Counted from the first letter of the stretch, positions 7,900 to 17,340 are shown. The stretch: DNA of 64,000 bases from Gammaproteobacteria bacterium (GCA_965213995.1 OZ243929.1:1807-65806); one strand, 5' to 3'. Notes: a model not told the origin generated them from the letters alone. Numbers and translations: made by a program.

Positions 7900-8760
7900 C
7901 TAAGGCGCGATAAGTTCGACCCACTCGCCCACGGGGCCGCGCCACATGGATGCGGGCCGGCCGTGGTAGGGGGCGCCGGATTGCCCGGTTAGCGTTGGCG
8001 TGCCGGGGTCGTCGCAAGTGAAGCTCACCATGCTGATGGAAGGCGGCAGCCAGCCTTCAGGCTGCGGGCGCGGCGCGGCGGTTTCCGGCATGCTGTCGAG
8101 CTCGATCAGGTTGCTTCCCTCCAAAGGCATCGTGGAAAGCATGAAGCGGTGGTTGGCCGGCAGGCCGTAAGCCTGGCCCATCACCGTGATCTTCACCGGC
8201 CGCGGCTCGCTCGCGGGAATCCCGAAACGCTTCCTCCAGCCTTCGGCGAGCATTTCCACGCTGGGGCCGCCTAGGATCACGATGAACGCGCGGTCCACGA
8301 AATCCACCGCTTCGGGCACGTCGAATCCCGTTTTGCGCTTGAACATGGTGAGGTACAGGAATTCCTTGGCCGGGCCTTGCACCTGCATCGCGCGAATCGC
8401 GTCGCTGATCGACAGGTCGGCGGGCGGCCCTAGGATATGGAAGGGCGTGCCCATCAATTGCTGCTCCAGCGCATCGGTGTCCTGCACCATCAATTCCGCG
8501 GCATTCCAGCCCCAGTGCAGATAGGCTTCGTAACCCGGCGCGGCAGGTTGCTCCACAAACCGGAAGTGGAAGCCCTCGGAGGTTTCCGGCGCCATCAGCA
8601 GGAACTGCGCGCCCTCCACCGCTTCGGCGCCCCAAAACGCCGCCAGTTCGCCTGGAATCCTCCCGCCAGCCGTGGCCTGGTAGCCCAGATGCTTGTAGGC
8701 ATCCTCCATCGCGCCCAGGTCGGGCGCCGCTATGGTGACGCAGGTGATGGGGCCGATCAT
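7900..8760 (-). CDS. Hypothetical protein (possibly a two-domain glyoxalase/VOC-like fold; weak)
   Basis: 286-aa ORF with a 4-nt overlap with the upstream isochorismatase-like gene. The N-terminus ITCVTIAAPDLGAMEDAYKHLGY resembles VOC starts. Confidence 0.6.
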   Translation of the reverse strand: MIGPITCVTIAAPDLGAMEDAYKHLGYQATAGGRIPGELAAFWGAEAVEGAQFLLMAPETSEGFHFRFVEQPAAPGYEAYLHWGWNAAELMVQDTDALEQQLMGTPFHILGPPADLSISDAIRAMQVQGPAKEFLYLTMFKRKTGFDVPEAVDFVDRAFIVILGGPSVEMLAEGWRKRFGIPASEPRPVKITVMGQAYGLPANHRFMLSTMPLEGSNLIELDSMPETAAPRPQPEGWLPPSISMVSFTCDDPGTPTLTGQSGAPYHGRPASMWRGPVGEWVELIAP

Positions 8761-9380
8761 AGGCTCGCCAGGTACGCGCGCGCCTGGCCCATGCTGATCA
8801 CCTCGCCGAATTTCTTGCTGATATCGAAGAGGTTGGCTTCGTGCGGCCCTGGATCGCGGTCGCCGGTGGCCTCCCGCACCACGATCGGAATATAGCCGTG
8901 CTGCATCGCGTCCACCGCCGATGCCCGCACGCAGCCGCTGGTGCTGAGCCCGCAGATCAGCAGCGTGTCCAAGCCCAGCGCCGCCAGCGTGGCGGCCAGA
9001 TGGGTGCCGAAGAAGGCGCTGGGATATTTCTTGCTGATGACCACCTCGCCTGCGGCGGGCTCAAGGCCCTCGCCGAAAGCGCAGTGCTTCGATCCCTTGG
9101 TGAGATTCGCCAGCGCGGGCACCTTGCGGTAGAACACGCCGCCTTCCACCCCTGCGGGATCGAATTCCACGCAAGTATGAAAGATCGGGATGCCGGCCTT
9201 GCGGCACTCCCCCAATAGCTCCACCGCCTGCTCGCGCTCCTTCTCCACGCCCGCGTACAGCGAGCATTCGGGGTCCAGATAGGCGCGCACAAAGTCGATA
9301 ACCAGCAGCGCGGGCCGCGCTCCCGGCTCGATCGAGCCGCCGAACCCCGCCTTGCTGTAGTCCTGGTCCAGTTTCGCCAT
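8757..9380 (-). CDS. Isochorismatase-family cysteine hydrolase (amidase-like)
   Basis: 207 aa. ALLVIDFVRAY carries the catalytic-Asp context, and LICGLSTSGCVRASAVDA carries the nucleophile-Cys context. Confidence 0.88.
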   Translation of the reverse strand: MAKLDQDYSKAGFGGSIEPGARPALLVIDFVRAYLDPECSLYAGVEKEREQAVELLGECRKAGIPIFHTCVEFDPAGVEGGVFYRKVPALANLTKGSKHCAFGEGLEPAAGEVVISKKYPSAFFGTHLAATLAALGLDTLLICGLSTSGCVRASAVDAMQHGYIPIVVREATGDRDPGPHEANLFDISKKFGEVISMGQARAYLASL

Positions 9381-9385
9381 GATCG

Positions 9386-10588
9386 CTAGATAATCCCCCG
9401 ATCCTTCAGTTCCGCAAGCCTTTTGTCGTCGAGATTCAGCAGGCCGCGGTAGATTTCGTCGTTATGCTGTCCCATTTCCGGCCCCGGCGCGCGGACTTTG
9501 CCGGGGGTGAGCGACAGCTTGGGCGCCACGTTCTGCATCTTCAGCTCGCCGAACTTCGGATGCATGACCGACACGATCGCCTCGCGGGCTTTGAAGTGCG
9601 CGTCCTCGAGCATTTCCGGCGCCCGGTAGATCTTGCCCGACGGAACGCCGTTTTTCTCCATCAGCGCCTCCAGTTCCCCGGCGCTCTTGGTCGCGGTCCA
9701 TTCGGCGATCAGCCCGTCGAGCTCCGCTTGCGTTTCGCCGCGCGCGGCGTGGCTGGAGAAGCGGGGATCGTCGGCCAGTTCCGGCCGCCTCATGGCCGCG
9801 CTCAGGCGCCGGAAAACGCTATCCTGGTTGGCCGCGATCAGGATGTAGGTGCCGTCGCGCGTGGGATAGACGTTCGACGGCGCCACCCGCGGCAGGATCG
9901 AGCCGGTGCGTTCGCGCACGTAGCCGGCCTGCTGGTACTCGGTGATGAGCGATTCCATCATGTTGAGCACGGCTTCGTAGATCGCGGAATCCACCACTTG
10001 GCCTTCGCCGGTGCGGTTGCGGTGGTGGAGCGCGGCGAGGCCGCCGATGCAGGCGAAAGTGGCCGCCAGCTGGTCGCCGATGCTGATGCCCACGCGGCTC
10101 GGCGGGGTGGAGGGATCGCCGGCCACGTAGCGCAGCCCGCCCATCGCCTCGCCGATGGAGCCGTAGCCGGCCCGCGAGGCATAGGGGCCGGTTTGGCCGT
10201 AGCCCGAAACGCGGATCAGGATCAGCGCCGGGTTGATATCGTGCAGCTCCTCCCAGGAGAGGTTCCAGCGCTCCAGCGTTCCGGGCCGGAAATTCTCCAG
10301 CAGGATATCGGCCTTGGCGACCAGTTCCTTGAGGATATCCTGGCCTTCCTTTTCCCTCAGATTCAAGGTGATGGCCTTCTTGTTGCGGGCAATGACCGGC
10401 CACCAGAGCGACATGCCGTGGGCCTTTTCCTGCCCCCAGCCCCGCATCGGGTCCGGCCGGTCGGGCGCTTCGACCTTGATGACTTCGGCGCCGAAATCCG
10501 CCATCAGCTGTCCGCAGAACGGCCCCGCCAGAAGGGCGCCGAGTTCAATCAGTCGCAGATCGGCCAGCGGGCCGGTCCTCTCGGTCAT
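9386..10588 (-). CDS. Family III CoA-transferase (CaiB/BaiF type)
   Basis: 400 aa with the N-terminus LADLRLIELGALLAGPFCGQLMADFGAEVIKVE, typical of the family. Confidence 0.9.
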   Translation of the reverse strand: MTERTGPLADLRLIELGALLAGPFCGQLMADFGAEVIKVEAPDRPDPMRGWGQEKAHGMSLWWPVIARNKKAITLNLREKEGQDILKELVAKADILLENFRPGTLERWNLSWEELHDINPALILIRVSGYGQTGPYASRAGYGSIGEAMGGLRYVAGDPSTPPSRVGISIGDQLAATFACIGGLAALHHRNRTGEGQVVDSAIYEAVLNMMESLITEYQQAGYVRERTGSILPRVAPSNVYPTRDGTYILIAANQDSVFRRLSAAMRRPELADDPRFSSHAARGETQAELDGLIAEWTATKSAGELEALMEKNGVPSGKIYRAPEMLEDAHFKAREAIVSVMHPKFGELKMQNVAPKLSLTPGKVRAPGPEMGQHNDEIYRGLLNLDDKRLAELKDRGII

Positions 10589-10711
10589 ATCCTGTCTCTC
10601 CTCAAATTAAGCGGGATGCCCGGTCTTGCTTGCCTCAGGGGCCGGGGCGTTGTGAAGTTGCAGCGCACATTGTATAGAATACGTGGCCACCAAAAGAGGG
10701 AAGGTAGCCTG

Positions 10712-11638
10712 ATGACAACCAGCGCGCGCCGCGTTTCCATTGTGGAAGTGGGTCCACGGGACGGCCTCCAATCCGAGAAGGTGCTTCCCACCGGGGTCAA
10801 GCTGGAATTCATTCGCCGCGCTGTAAAGGCAGGCATCCGCAAGATGGAGGCGGTGAGCTTCGTGCATCCCAAGAGGGTGCCTCAGATGGCCGATGCGGAG
10901 GCCGTGGTTGCCGGCTTGCCCCAGGGGGACGGTCTGATTTTTATCGGGCTGGTCCTCAATCAGCGCGGGTACGAGCGCGCCCGGGATTGCGGCATCGACG
11001 AAGTGGGCATGGTGGTGGTGTCCAGCGACACCTATAACCGGCGCAACCAGGGCGTGTCCAGCCTTGAGTCCATCGAGGCTTGGCTGAAGATCGCAAGGCA
11101 GGCCAAAAAGGACGGCGTTCGTGCCAACTGCATGGTGTCGTCGGCATTCGGCTGCCCCTACGAAGGCGAAGTGCCGCCCGAAAGGGTGGTGGAATACGCC
11201 GAGCGCGTTGCCGAGGGCGATCCGGTGGAGCTGGGGATCGCCGATTCCATCGGCGTTGCGGTGCCCGCACAGATCAGCGACGTGATCGGCCGGATTTCCG
11301 AGCGCCTGCCCGGCCTGCCAATCCGGATCCATCTGCATAACACCCGCAATACCGGGCTGGCCAATGCCCAGGCCGCCGTGGATGCCGGCGTTGCCTCCAT
11401 TGATGCCAGCATTGGCGGCATCGGCGGCTGCCCCTTTGCGCCGCTGGCCGCCGGCAATATCCCCACCGACGACCTGCTCTACCTGCTTTCGCGCTCCGGC
11501 GTGGAAACCGGGGTGTCGTTGAAGAAAGTGATTGAAACCAGTGGCTGGCTGCGCGAGCAGCTTGGCCACGGCGATTTGCCTGCCATGCTGCCGCGCGCGG
11601 GAATATTCCCCGATGTGGCGATGGGCGCGCAGGCCTGA
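10712..11638 (+). CDS. Hydroxymethylglutaryl-CoA lyase-like (HMGL family) enzyme
   Basis: VEVGPRDGLQSE motif and a TIM-barrel aldolase body, ending HLHNTRNTGLANAQAAVDAG. The ATG at 10712 lies inside the long track ORF 9464-11638, whose upstream part is antisense to the CoA-transferase gene. Confidence 0.88.
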   Translation: MTTSARRVSIVEVGPRDGLQSEKVLPTGVKLEFIRRAVKAGIRKMEAVSFVHPKRVPQMADAEAVVAGLPQGDGLIFIGLVLNQRGYERARDCGIDEVGMVVVSSDTYNRRNQGVSSLESIEAWLKIARQAKKDGVRANCMVSSAFGCPYEGEVPPERVVEYAERVAEGDPVELGIADSIGVAVPAQISDVIGRISERLPGLPIRIHLHNTRNTGLANAQAAVDAGVASIDASIGGIGGCPFAPLAAGNIPTDDLLYLLSRSGVETGVSLKKVIETSGWLREQLGHGDLPAMLPRAGIFPDVAMGAQA

Positions 11639-11665
11639 ACTGAAATACTTGACGGGAGAAACAGC

Positions 11666-13723
11666 ATGAGCTTTCGCTTGGGCGTGGATGTGGGCGGCAC
11701 CTTTACCGACCTGCTCCTGGTGAACGAGCAGTCGGGGGAGATGCATACCGCCAAAGTCCCCAGCACGCCGGAGGACTCGTCGATCGGCGTGTCCAACGGC
11801 ATCGACAGGGTGTGCGGCGAGGCGGGCGTGGATCCCGGCGATATCACCCATGTGATGCACGGCACCACGGTGGCCACCAACACCATCCTTACCGGCACCG
11901 GCTCCAAGGTGGGGCTGGTCACCACCAAGGGCTACCGCCAAGTGCTGCAGATTGCCCGCTCCTTCGTGCCGGGCGGCCTGGGCGGCTGGGTGATCTATAA
12001 CAAGAGCCTGCCGCTGGCCCCGCTGGCGCTCACCATAGAGGCGGATGAACGCACCGCGGCGGACGGCTCGCAAGTGCGGGAGCTGAATGTTTCGGCGCTG
12101 GAGGCGGAGCTTCAAAAGCTGGCGGGAAGAGGCGTGGAGGCGCTCACGGTATCGCTGATCAATTCCTTCGCCAACCCGGCGCACGAGCAGCAGGTGCGCG
12201 AGGTGGCCGAGCGCGTGCTTCCCGGCGTTCCGGTTTCGCTTTCCTCGGAAGTGGTGCCGGAGATGCAGGAATACGAGCGCACCATCACCACGGTGGCCAA
12301 TTCCTATGTGCGCCCCAAGGTGGCCACCTACGTCCGCAATCTCGAGAAGCAGCTCAACGACACCATGAGCGGGGTGCAGCTGCATGTGCTTCGCTCCGAC
12401 GGCGGCCTGGCCTCCGCGGACGCAGCCGAGGCCTACCCGGTCAACCTGCTGATGAGCGGTCCCGCAGGCGGCGTGTCCGGCGCCATCTGGATCGCCTCGC
12501 AGGCCGAGCACAATAATCTGCTGACCTTCGACATGGGCGGCACATCGACGGATGTTGCGCTGGTGCAGGACGGCCAGGCGCAGCTGCGGCGCGAGACCAC
12601 CGTGGGCGATGTCACGGTGCGGGCCTCGTCGGTCGATGTGCGCACGGTGGGTGCCGGCGGCGGCTCCATTGCCCATGTGCCGGAGCTGACCGGCGCCTTG
12701 CGCGTGGGTCCGCAAAGCGCCGGCGCCGCTCCCGGTCCGGCGGCCTACGGGAAGGGCGGCGAGGAGCCCACGGTGACGGATGCCAACGTGGTGCTGGGCT
12801 ACCTGCCGGCCGAGGTGCGCTTGGGCGGCGATATGAGGATGGACCGGGCCGCCGCCGAAGCCGCGGTGCAGAAGATCGCCGATGCCTTGGGGCTTTCGCT
12901 GATGGAGGCGGCCTCGGGCATCGTGAGCCTAGTGAACGAGAATATGTACGGCGCGCTGCGCCTGGTATCGGTGGAGCAGGGCCACGATCCTCGCGAGTTC
13001 GCGCTGATCGCCTTCGGCGGCGCCGGCCCGTTGCACGCCAACGCGCTGGGCAAGCTGATGAGTTCCTGGCCAGTCATTATTCCGCCGGGGCCGGGCGTGC
13101 TATGCGCCTACGGCGATGCCACCACGCGCGTTAGGAACGAGGCCTCGCGCACCTTCATCAAGCGCTTCGGCCGCACCCGCGCGGACGAGGCGGCGGGCAT
13201 CTTCACCGATCTGGCGGAGCAGGCCTCGCAAGCGCTGGACCAGGAAGGCATTTCGCGCAGCGACCAGACCCTGAGCTACCAGGCGGATATCCGCTACCAC
13301 GGCCAAGGCTTGCTGCTAACGGTCGATTTTGAGCTTGACGACCTGAAAAAGCAGGGCCTCGATGCCATCGGCGGCAAATTCGACCGGATGCACGAGCAGC
13401 TGTTCACCTTCGCCTTGCCGGAGGACAAGGAGCTCGTGAACCTGCGCGCCGTGGCCGAAGGCAAGCCCACCGTGGTGCGCGCCCTGCGAGCGGAACAGGG
13501 CGATGCCAGCCCCGCGGCCGCGGAAATGCTGTCGCACGAAATCTATGTCGATGGCGGCATGCGAAAAGCCATGCTCTACGACCGCTCCAAACTGAAAGCC
13601 GGCAACGTGATCGCCGGCCCCGCAATCGTTCTGGAGATGGATTCGACCACCTTGGTTCTCCCGGATCACGAGGGGGCGGTGGACGAATACGGCAATATCC
13701 TGATTACGCCATCCAATTCCTAA
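11666..13723 (+). CDS. Hydantoinase/oxoprolinase A-subunit family (HyuA-like, ATP-dependent)
   Basis: 685 aa. The N-terminus FRLGVDVGGTFTDL and an internal FDMGGTSTDV are ASKHA-fold motifs. Confidence 0.9.
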   Translation: MSFRLGVDVGGTFTDLLLVNEQSGEMHTAKVPSTPEDSSIGVSNGIDRVCGEAGVDPGDITHVMHGTTVATNTILTGTGSKVGLVTTKGYRQVLQIARSFVPGGLGGWVIYNKSLPLAPLALTIEADERTAADGSQVRELNVSALEAELQKLAGRGVEALTVSLINSFANPAHEQQVREVAERVLPGVPVSLSSEVVPEMQEYERTITTVANSYVRPKVATYVRNLEKQLNDTMSGVQLHVLRSDGGLASADAAEAYPVNLLMSGPAGGVSGAIWIASQAEHNNLLTFDMGGTSTDVALVQDGQAQLRRETTVGDVTVRASSVDVRTVGAGGGSIAHVPELTGALRVGPQSAGAAPGPAAYGKGGEEPTVTDANVVLGYLPAEVRLGGDMRMDRAAAEAAVQKIADALGLSLMEAASGIVSLVNENMYGALRLVSVEQGHDPREFALIAFGGAGPLHANALGKLMSSWPVIIPPGPGVLCAYGDATTRVRNEASRTFIKRFGRTRADEAAGIFTDLAEQASQALDQEGISRSDQTLSYQADIRYHGQGLLLTVDFELDDLKKQGLDAIGGKFDRMHEQLFTFALPEDKELVNLRAVAEGKPTVVRALRAEQGDASPAAAEMLSHEIYVDGGMRKAMLYDRSKLKAGNVIAGPAIVLEMDSTTLVLPDHEGAVDEYGNILITPSNS

Positions 13724-13737
13724 ACAGGAGTTAAGAA

Positions 13738-15618
13738 ATGCCTGCACAAATTATCGAAACCCGCCCGCGCCCCTTCAATCGCGTGGAGCTGGACCCCATT
13801 ACGCTGGATATCATCGAAAACGCGATGCTCAACGCCCGCTGGGAAATGGACGCGGTGCTGTTCCGCACCGCCATGTCGCCCGGCATCCGCGAGCAGCACG
13901 ACGAGTTTCCCATGATCGCCAACCTCGAAGGCAAGATGGTGGTGGGCCAGTTCGGCAGCTTCATCCACGGCTTCAAGGAGGCCTACGGCGGCACCATCGA
14001 GGAAGGCGACATGTTCCTCACCACCGACCCGTACGCCTGCAACGGGGCGGTGAGCCACGCCAACGACTGGCTGCTGCTGCGGCCGATCTTCAAGGACGGG
14101 CGGCTGATTGCCTACGCCTCGATGTTCGGCCATATGACCGATATTGGCGGCAAGGTGCCGGGCAGCCTGCCCACCGACGCGCGGCAGATCTTCGAGGAGG
14201 GCATCCGCGTGCCGCCCACGAAGATCTACAAGGACGATAAGCTGCAAGAGGATGTGCTGGAATTGATTCTGCATAACTGCCGCTTGCCGCACTGGAACCG
14301 CAGCGACTTCAACGCCATCGTGGCCGCCATCCGCACCGCCGAGAAGCGCGTGGTCGAGATGGCCGAGCGCTTCGGCGACGACGTGTACTACTCCGCGCTG
14401 GAGGAGCTGCTCGACCGCAATAAGCGCGCCATGGGCAAGCTCATCCATATGACCGTGCCGGAAACCAAGCAGTATTTCGAGGATTTCATTTGCGACGACG
14501 GCTTGGGCATGGGGCCGTACAAGATCAAGTGCGCGATGTGGCGCGAAGGCGACACCGTGATTTTCGATTTCGAGGGCACGGACCCGCAGTCCATCGGCTC
14601 GGTGAACTTCTACCTCAACGAGGAGATGTTCAAGATGTTCGCCGGCGTGTACATGATTATGGTGTTCGATCCGCAAATCATGTTCAACGACGGCTTCTAC
14701 GACCTCATGGAGGTTCGCATTCCCGAAGGCACGCTGCTCAAGCCCCGGTTCCCGGCGGCGCTTTCCTGCCGCACCCACGCCTTGGGGCGCATCTTCGATA
14801 TCCTCGGCGGCTTGCTGGGGCAGGGCAACCCGGATTTCCTTTGCGCGGCCGGCTTTTCCGACAGCCCGCACTTCATGTATTCCGGCTACCGGCGCGACGA
14901 CGGCGAGTGGTACCAGCTCTACCAGATCGGCTTCGGCGGCGTTCCCGGCAAGCCCTTCGGCGACGGGCCGGACGGCCATTCGCTGTGGCCGAGCTTCACC
15001 AACGTGCCCAACGAGTTCCTGGAAAGCTACTTCCCGCTGCGGATCGACGTGTACGAAACGCTGGCCGACAGCGGCGGCCCCGGCCTGCACCGCGGCGGCA
15101 ACGCGCTGCGCGTGGGCTACCGCTTTCTGGAGCCGGGCGAAATCTCGATCCACGACGACCGCTGGCTCACCTACCCCTGGGGCGTGAACGGCGGCCTGCC
15201 GGGGCAGCGCAGCCGCAAGATCCTCCACCGCGCCGACGGCACCGAGGAATTGCTGCAATCCAAATGCGACCGCATCAAGGTGGAGCCGGGCGACCTGCTC
15301 TACTTCGATACCTGGGGGGGCGGCGGCTGGGGCGACCCGCTCAAGCGCTCCGCCGAGCAGGTGGGCTTCGACGTGGCCGCCGGCCTGGTTTCAGTCGATG
15401 GCGCTCGCCGCTACGGCGTGGTCTGCAACGAGGACGGCGAAGTCGATGACGCCGCCACCGAGAAGCTGCGGTCCGGCATGGCCGCGGAGCGCGGCGACAC
15501 CAAGCTATTCGATTTCGGCGGCACCCCCGAGGAGCTGAAGGCCCGCTGCGAAGCCGAAACCGGCCTGCCCGCGCCCGCCGCCCCCGAATTCCAAAACTGG
15601 TTCCGCTCCGCCGCTTAG
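13738..15618 (+). CDS. Hydantoinase B/oxoprolinase B-subunit family (HyuB-like)
   Basis: 626 aa starting 14 nt after the A subunit. LDPITLDIIENA is a typical HyuB start. Confidence 0.9.
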   Translation: MPAQIIETRPRPFNRVELDPITLDIIENAMLNARWEMDAVLFRTAMSPGIREQHDEFPMIANLEGKMVVGQFGSFIHGFKEAYGGTIEEGDMFLTTDPYACNGAVSHANDWLLLRPIFKDGRLIAYASMFGHMTDIGGKVPGSLPTDARQIFEEGIRVPPTKIYKDDKLQEDVLELILHNCRLPHWNRSDFNAIVAAIRTAEKRVVEMAERFGDDVYYSALEELLDRNKRAMGKLIHMTVPETKQYFEDFICDDGLGMGPYKIKCAMWREGDTVIFDFEGTDPQSIGSVNFYLNEEMFKMFAGVYMIMVFDPQIMFNDGFYDLMEVRIPEGTLLKPRFPAALSCRTHALGRIFDILGGLLGQGNPDFLCAAGFSDSPHFMYSGYRRDDGEWYQLYQIGFGGVPGKPFGDGPDGHSLWPSFTNVPNEFLESYFPLRIDVYETLADSGGPGLHRGGNALRVGYRFLEPGEISIHDDRWLTYPWGVNGGLPGQRSRKILHRADGTEELLQSKCDRIKVEPGDLLYFDTWGGGGWGDPLKRSAEQVGFDVAAGLVSVDGARRYGVVCNEDGEVDDAATEKLRSGMAAERGDTKLFDFGGTPEELKARCEAETGLPAPAAPEFQNWFRSAA

Positions 15619-15666
15619 CAGGGAGGGCTTCTTGCCCTTCCTTGCGCCATTGATCCGAATGGCACC

Positions 15667-15987
15667 ATGAGCGTCAGAGAAAGGAATTTGTCCCGTATGG
15701 GTCAAGATCTCTTGAGGGAGGCGGTGCTAAGTGTCCTGTTCCGCGCCTACAAAAAGAATGAATCCTTGAAGCCCAAGGAAATCAGCAAGCGAGCCGGGAT
15801 TTATCCGGGCACCATCCATGGAGGCAACCAGAGCCATATCGTAGCTGGGATTCTTGGCATGCTTGAGGAGAAAGGGAAAGTTCGAGCGGTGTATCCAATA
15901 GTGAAAGGATCATTTCCACCTCGCAAAAGCACTGAGCGGGCATGGTCGATCAGCAAGCGCGAATATAAAGCGCGGTCCGCCGATTAG
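15667..15987 (+). CDS. Hypothetical small protein, possibly a winged-helix DNA binder
   Basis: 106-aa ORF in visibly lower-G+C DNA. The segment LKPKEISKRAGIYPGTI...LEEKGKV looks HTH-like. No family recognised. Confidence 0.5.
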   Translation: MSVRERNLSRMGQDLLREAVLSVLFRAYKKNESLKPKEISKRAGIYPGTIHGGNQSHIVAGILGMLEEKGKVRAVYPIVKGSFPPRKSTERAWSISKREYKARSAD

Positions 15988-16020
15988 GGTGTGAATTGCT
16001 CTGTAGCGTATGCTGAAAGA

Positions 16021-16647
16021 TTAGGACACGCGTCTGCCGAGGAGGTCCAGTTTTGCTGCTTCTCGTGCTCGTGCAAGCTCGAAGCCCGGGCGGGATGGAG
16101 TCATAAACGTAATTGCTTTGTAGAAATCGTCGAGCGCGATGAAGATGCCGTGCGCTTCGGCCCAGCGCCGCATCCGCTGGTTGGTGGAATGCGCCCACGA
16201 CAGGATTTCAATTCGCCATCCGCGTTTGTGCATGCGCTCAAGCGTGCTGTGAAATCCGGTGCCTTCCAGGTATCCGGCGCCATCGCCGGTCAGTAGCGCA
16301 ACAATTCCCGGGTCTCCGTTGAAGTCGAGGGCATCCTCCAGCATCCGAAGTTGCAGGAGGCGGTCGGGCATCTCCTGTTCGCCGCGCTCCGCTGCTCCTC
16401 GATCAAAGAGATGCACTTCGATTCCGGCCCCCTCCATGCGATTCCAGAGCTGGCGCATCTCCGGCGGAACCGATCCCACGGCCACCGCTTTTTTCACAGG
16501 GCGGTCGGCATGGGCCAATCGCAGCAGATTTTCAAAATGTATGCGAACGCGATACTTGGCCCCGGGGCCTTCGCTTTGCTCGTCCGCCAAGCGCTGGGCC
16601 TCATGGAAAATATTCGAGTTATCCCAATAGATGAAGACCTGATCCAT
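16021..16647 (-). CDS. NYN-domain (LabA/DUF88-like, PIN-related) predicted RNase
   Basis: 208 aa with the N-terminus VFIYWDNSNIFHEAQ and the acidic motif ALLTGDGAGY, typical of NYN domains. Confidence 0.8.
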   Translation of the reverse strand: MDQVFIYWDNSNIFHEAQRLADEQSEGPGAKYRVRIHFENLLRLAHADRPVKKAVAVGSVPPEMRQLWNRMEGAGIEVHLFDRGAAERGEQEMPDRLLQLRMLEDALDFNGDPGIVALLTGDGAGYLEGTGFHSTLERMHKRGWRIEILSWAHSTNQRMRRWAEAHGIFIALDDFYKAITFMTPSRPGFELARAREAAKLDLLGRRVS

Positions 16648-16724
16648 AGAGCTCTAGCCCGCCTTGGAGAATGGGGGGCATTCTATCGCAGCGCCGCATT
16701 GGAGGCGAACATTCGTTGCTGGCC

Positions 16725-17102
16725 TTAGGGTCGGTAGCGGCGGAGGGAAAGGCCGCGAAGGAAGTCGTAATACCGGGTGTTGGCGGTAATCAGCGTGAGG
16801 CCCAGATCAATCGCGGTGGCTGCAATCAAGGCATCGGCCAGCCGCATTCCGTGAGATAACGCGTAATTCTCGATCAATGCCGTCGCCCGGTAGCTCACGC
16901 TCTCGGTCACAGGGAGGATTCGCCAGCCGTTCGCGCTGATGCTTTGGCGCAAATGCGCGAGTTCGTTCTTGTTGCGGGAGCCTTGGACAAGCTCAATGTA
17001 GGTGACAGCCGATAGCTCAACGGTCTGGCAGTCTTCAAGGGCTTCTCGGGCGGACTGCTTCCCGCGAAATAACCATATCAAGATATCGGTGTCAGCCAAC
17101 AT
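16725..17102 (-). CDS. vapC: PIN-domain toxin VapC
   Basis: MLADTDILIW start (ATG at 17102) and the distal acidic motif RLADALIAATAI. Its start overlaps the antitoxin gene by 11 nt. The longer track ORF (to 17279) is not used. Confidence 0.85.
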   Translation of the reverse strand: MLADTDILIWLFRGKQSAREALEDCQTVELSAVTYIELVQGSRNKNELAHLRQSISANGWRILPVTESVSYRATALIENYALSHGMRLADALIAATAIDLGLTLITANTRYYDFLRGLSLRRYRP

Positions 17103-17340
17103 CCCGGGGTCTGCGCAAATCGCGCACATAGGCATCGACATCCTGCATTTTTTCGTGGTCCTTCCACATGCCGAACCCGGCGGGTTTCTCATTATTATCC
17201 ACGCTTTCAGGATGCCGTCGGATTCCCACAAGGCGGGCTTTGGGCTTGCCGCGATAGGTGATGGTGACCGTATCGCCACGTTCCGCGCAGGCCAGCGCTT
17301 CCCCGATGCGGTTTCTCAAGCTCTTGGCGGTCATTTCCAT
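17092..17340 (-). CDS. vapB: Type II antitoxin, Phd/YefM-like (VapB role)
   Basis: 82 aa. MEMTAKSLRNRIGEALACAERGDTVTITYRGKPKARLV is a typical Phd/YefM N-domain. AAGGA lies upstream. An imperfect palindrome at 17355-17382 sits in the promoter region. Confidence 0.8.
   Translation of the reverse strand: MEMTAKSLRNRIGEALACAERGDTVTITYRGKPKARLVGIRRHPESVDNNEKPAGFGMWKDHEKMQDVDAYVRDLRRPRDVG

Noticed and set aside
9464-10711. 5' extension making the HMG-CoA-lyase-like ORF 724 aa. Analogous N-terminal extensions occur in track ORFs 39019-, 40772-, 46190-, 35332-, 16725-17279 and 43910-44704.
   Set aside because: The extensions run antisense through, or overlap, neighbouring genes and lack family similarity. 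Internal ATGs placed right after the upstream stop, or with canonical N-termini (e.g. MTTSARRVSIVEVGPRDG, MFTGLV, MYDSPDP...RDLRISV), were used instead.
10607-12715. 702-aa minus-strand ORF. Similar long antisense ORFs occur at 1982-3217, 13720-15258, 24957-26066, 27243-28994, 29034-31580, 31577-32986, 41856-43616, 48490-49554 and 54186-56099.
   Set aside because: Each lies opposite a gene with unambiguous family motifs (HMGL/hyuA, hyuB, purL, glyA/ribD, ribBA, tonB/TPR, amtB, REC-PP2C/nadA). The translations are Arg/Ala/Gly/His-rich with no domains. These are the expected stop-codon-poor antisense frames of GC-rich genes.
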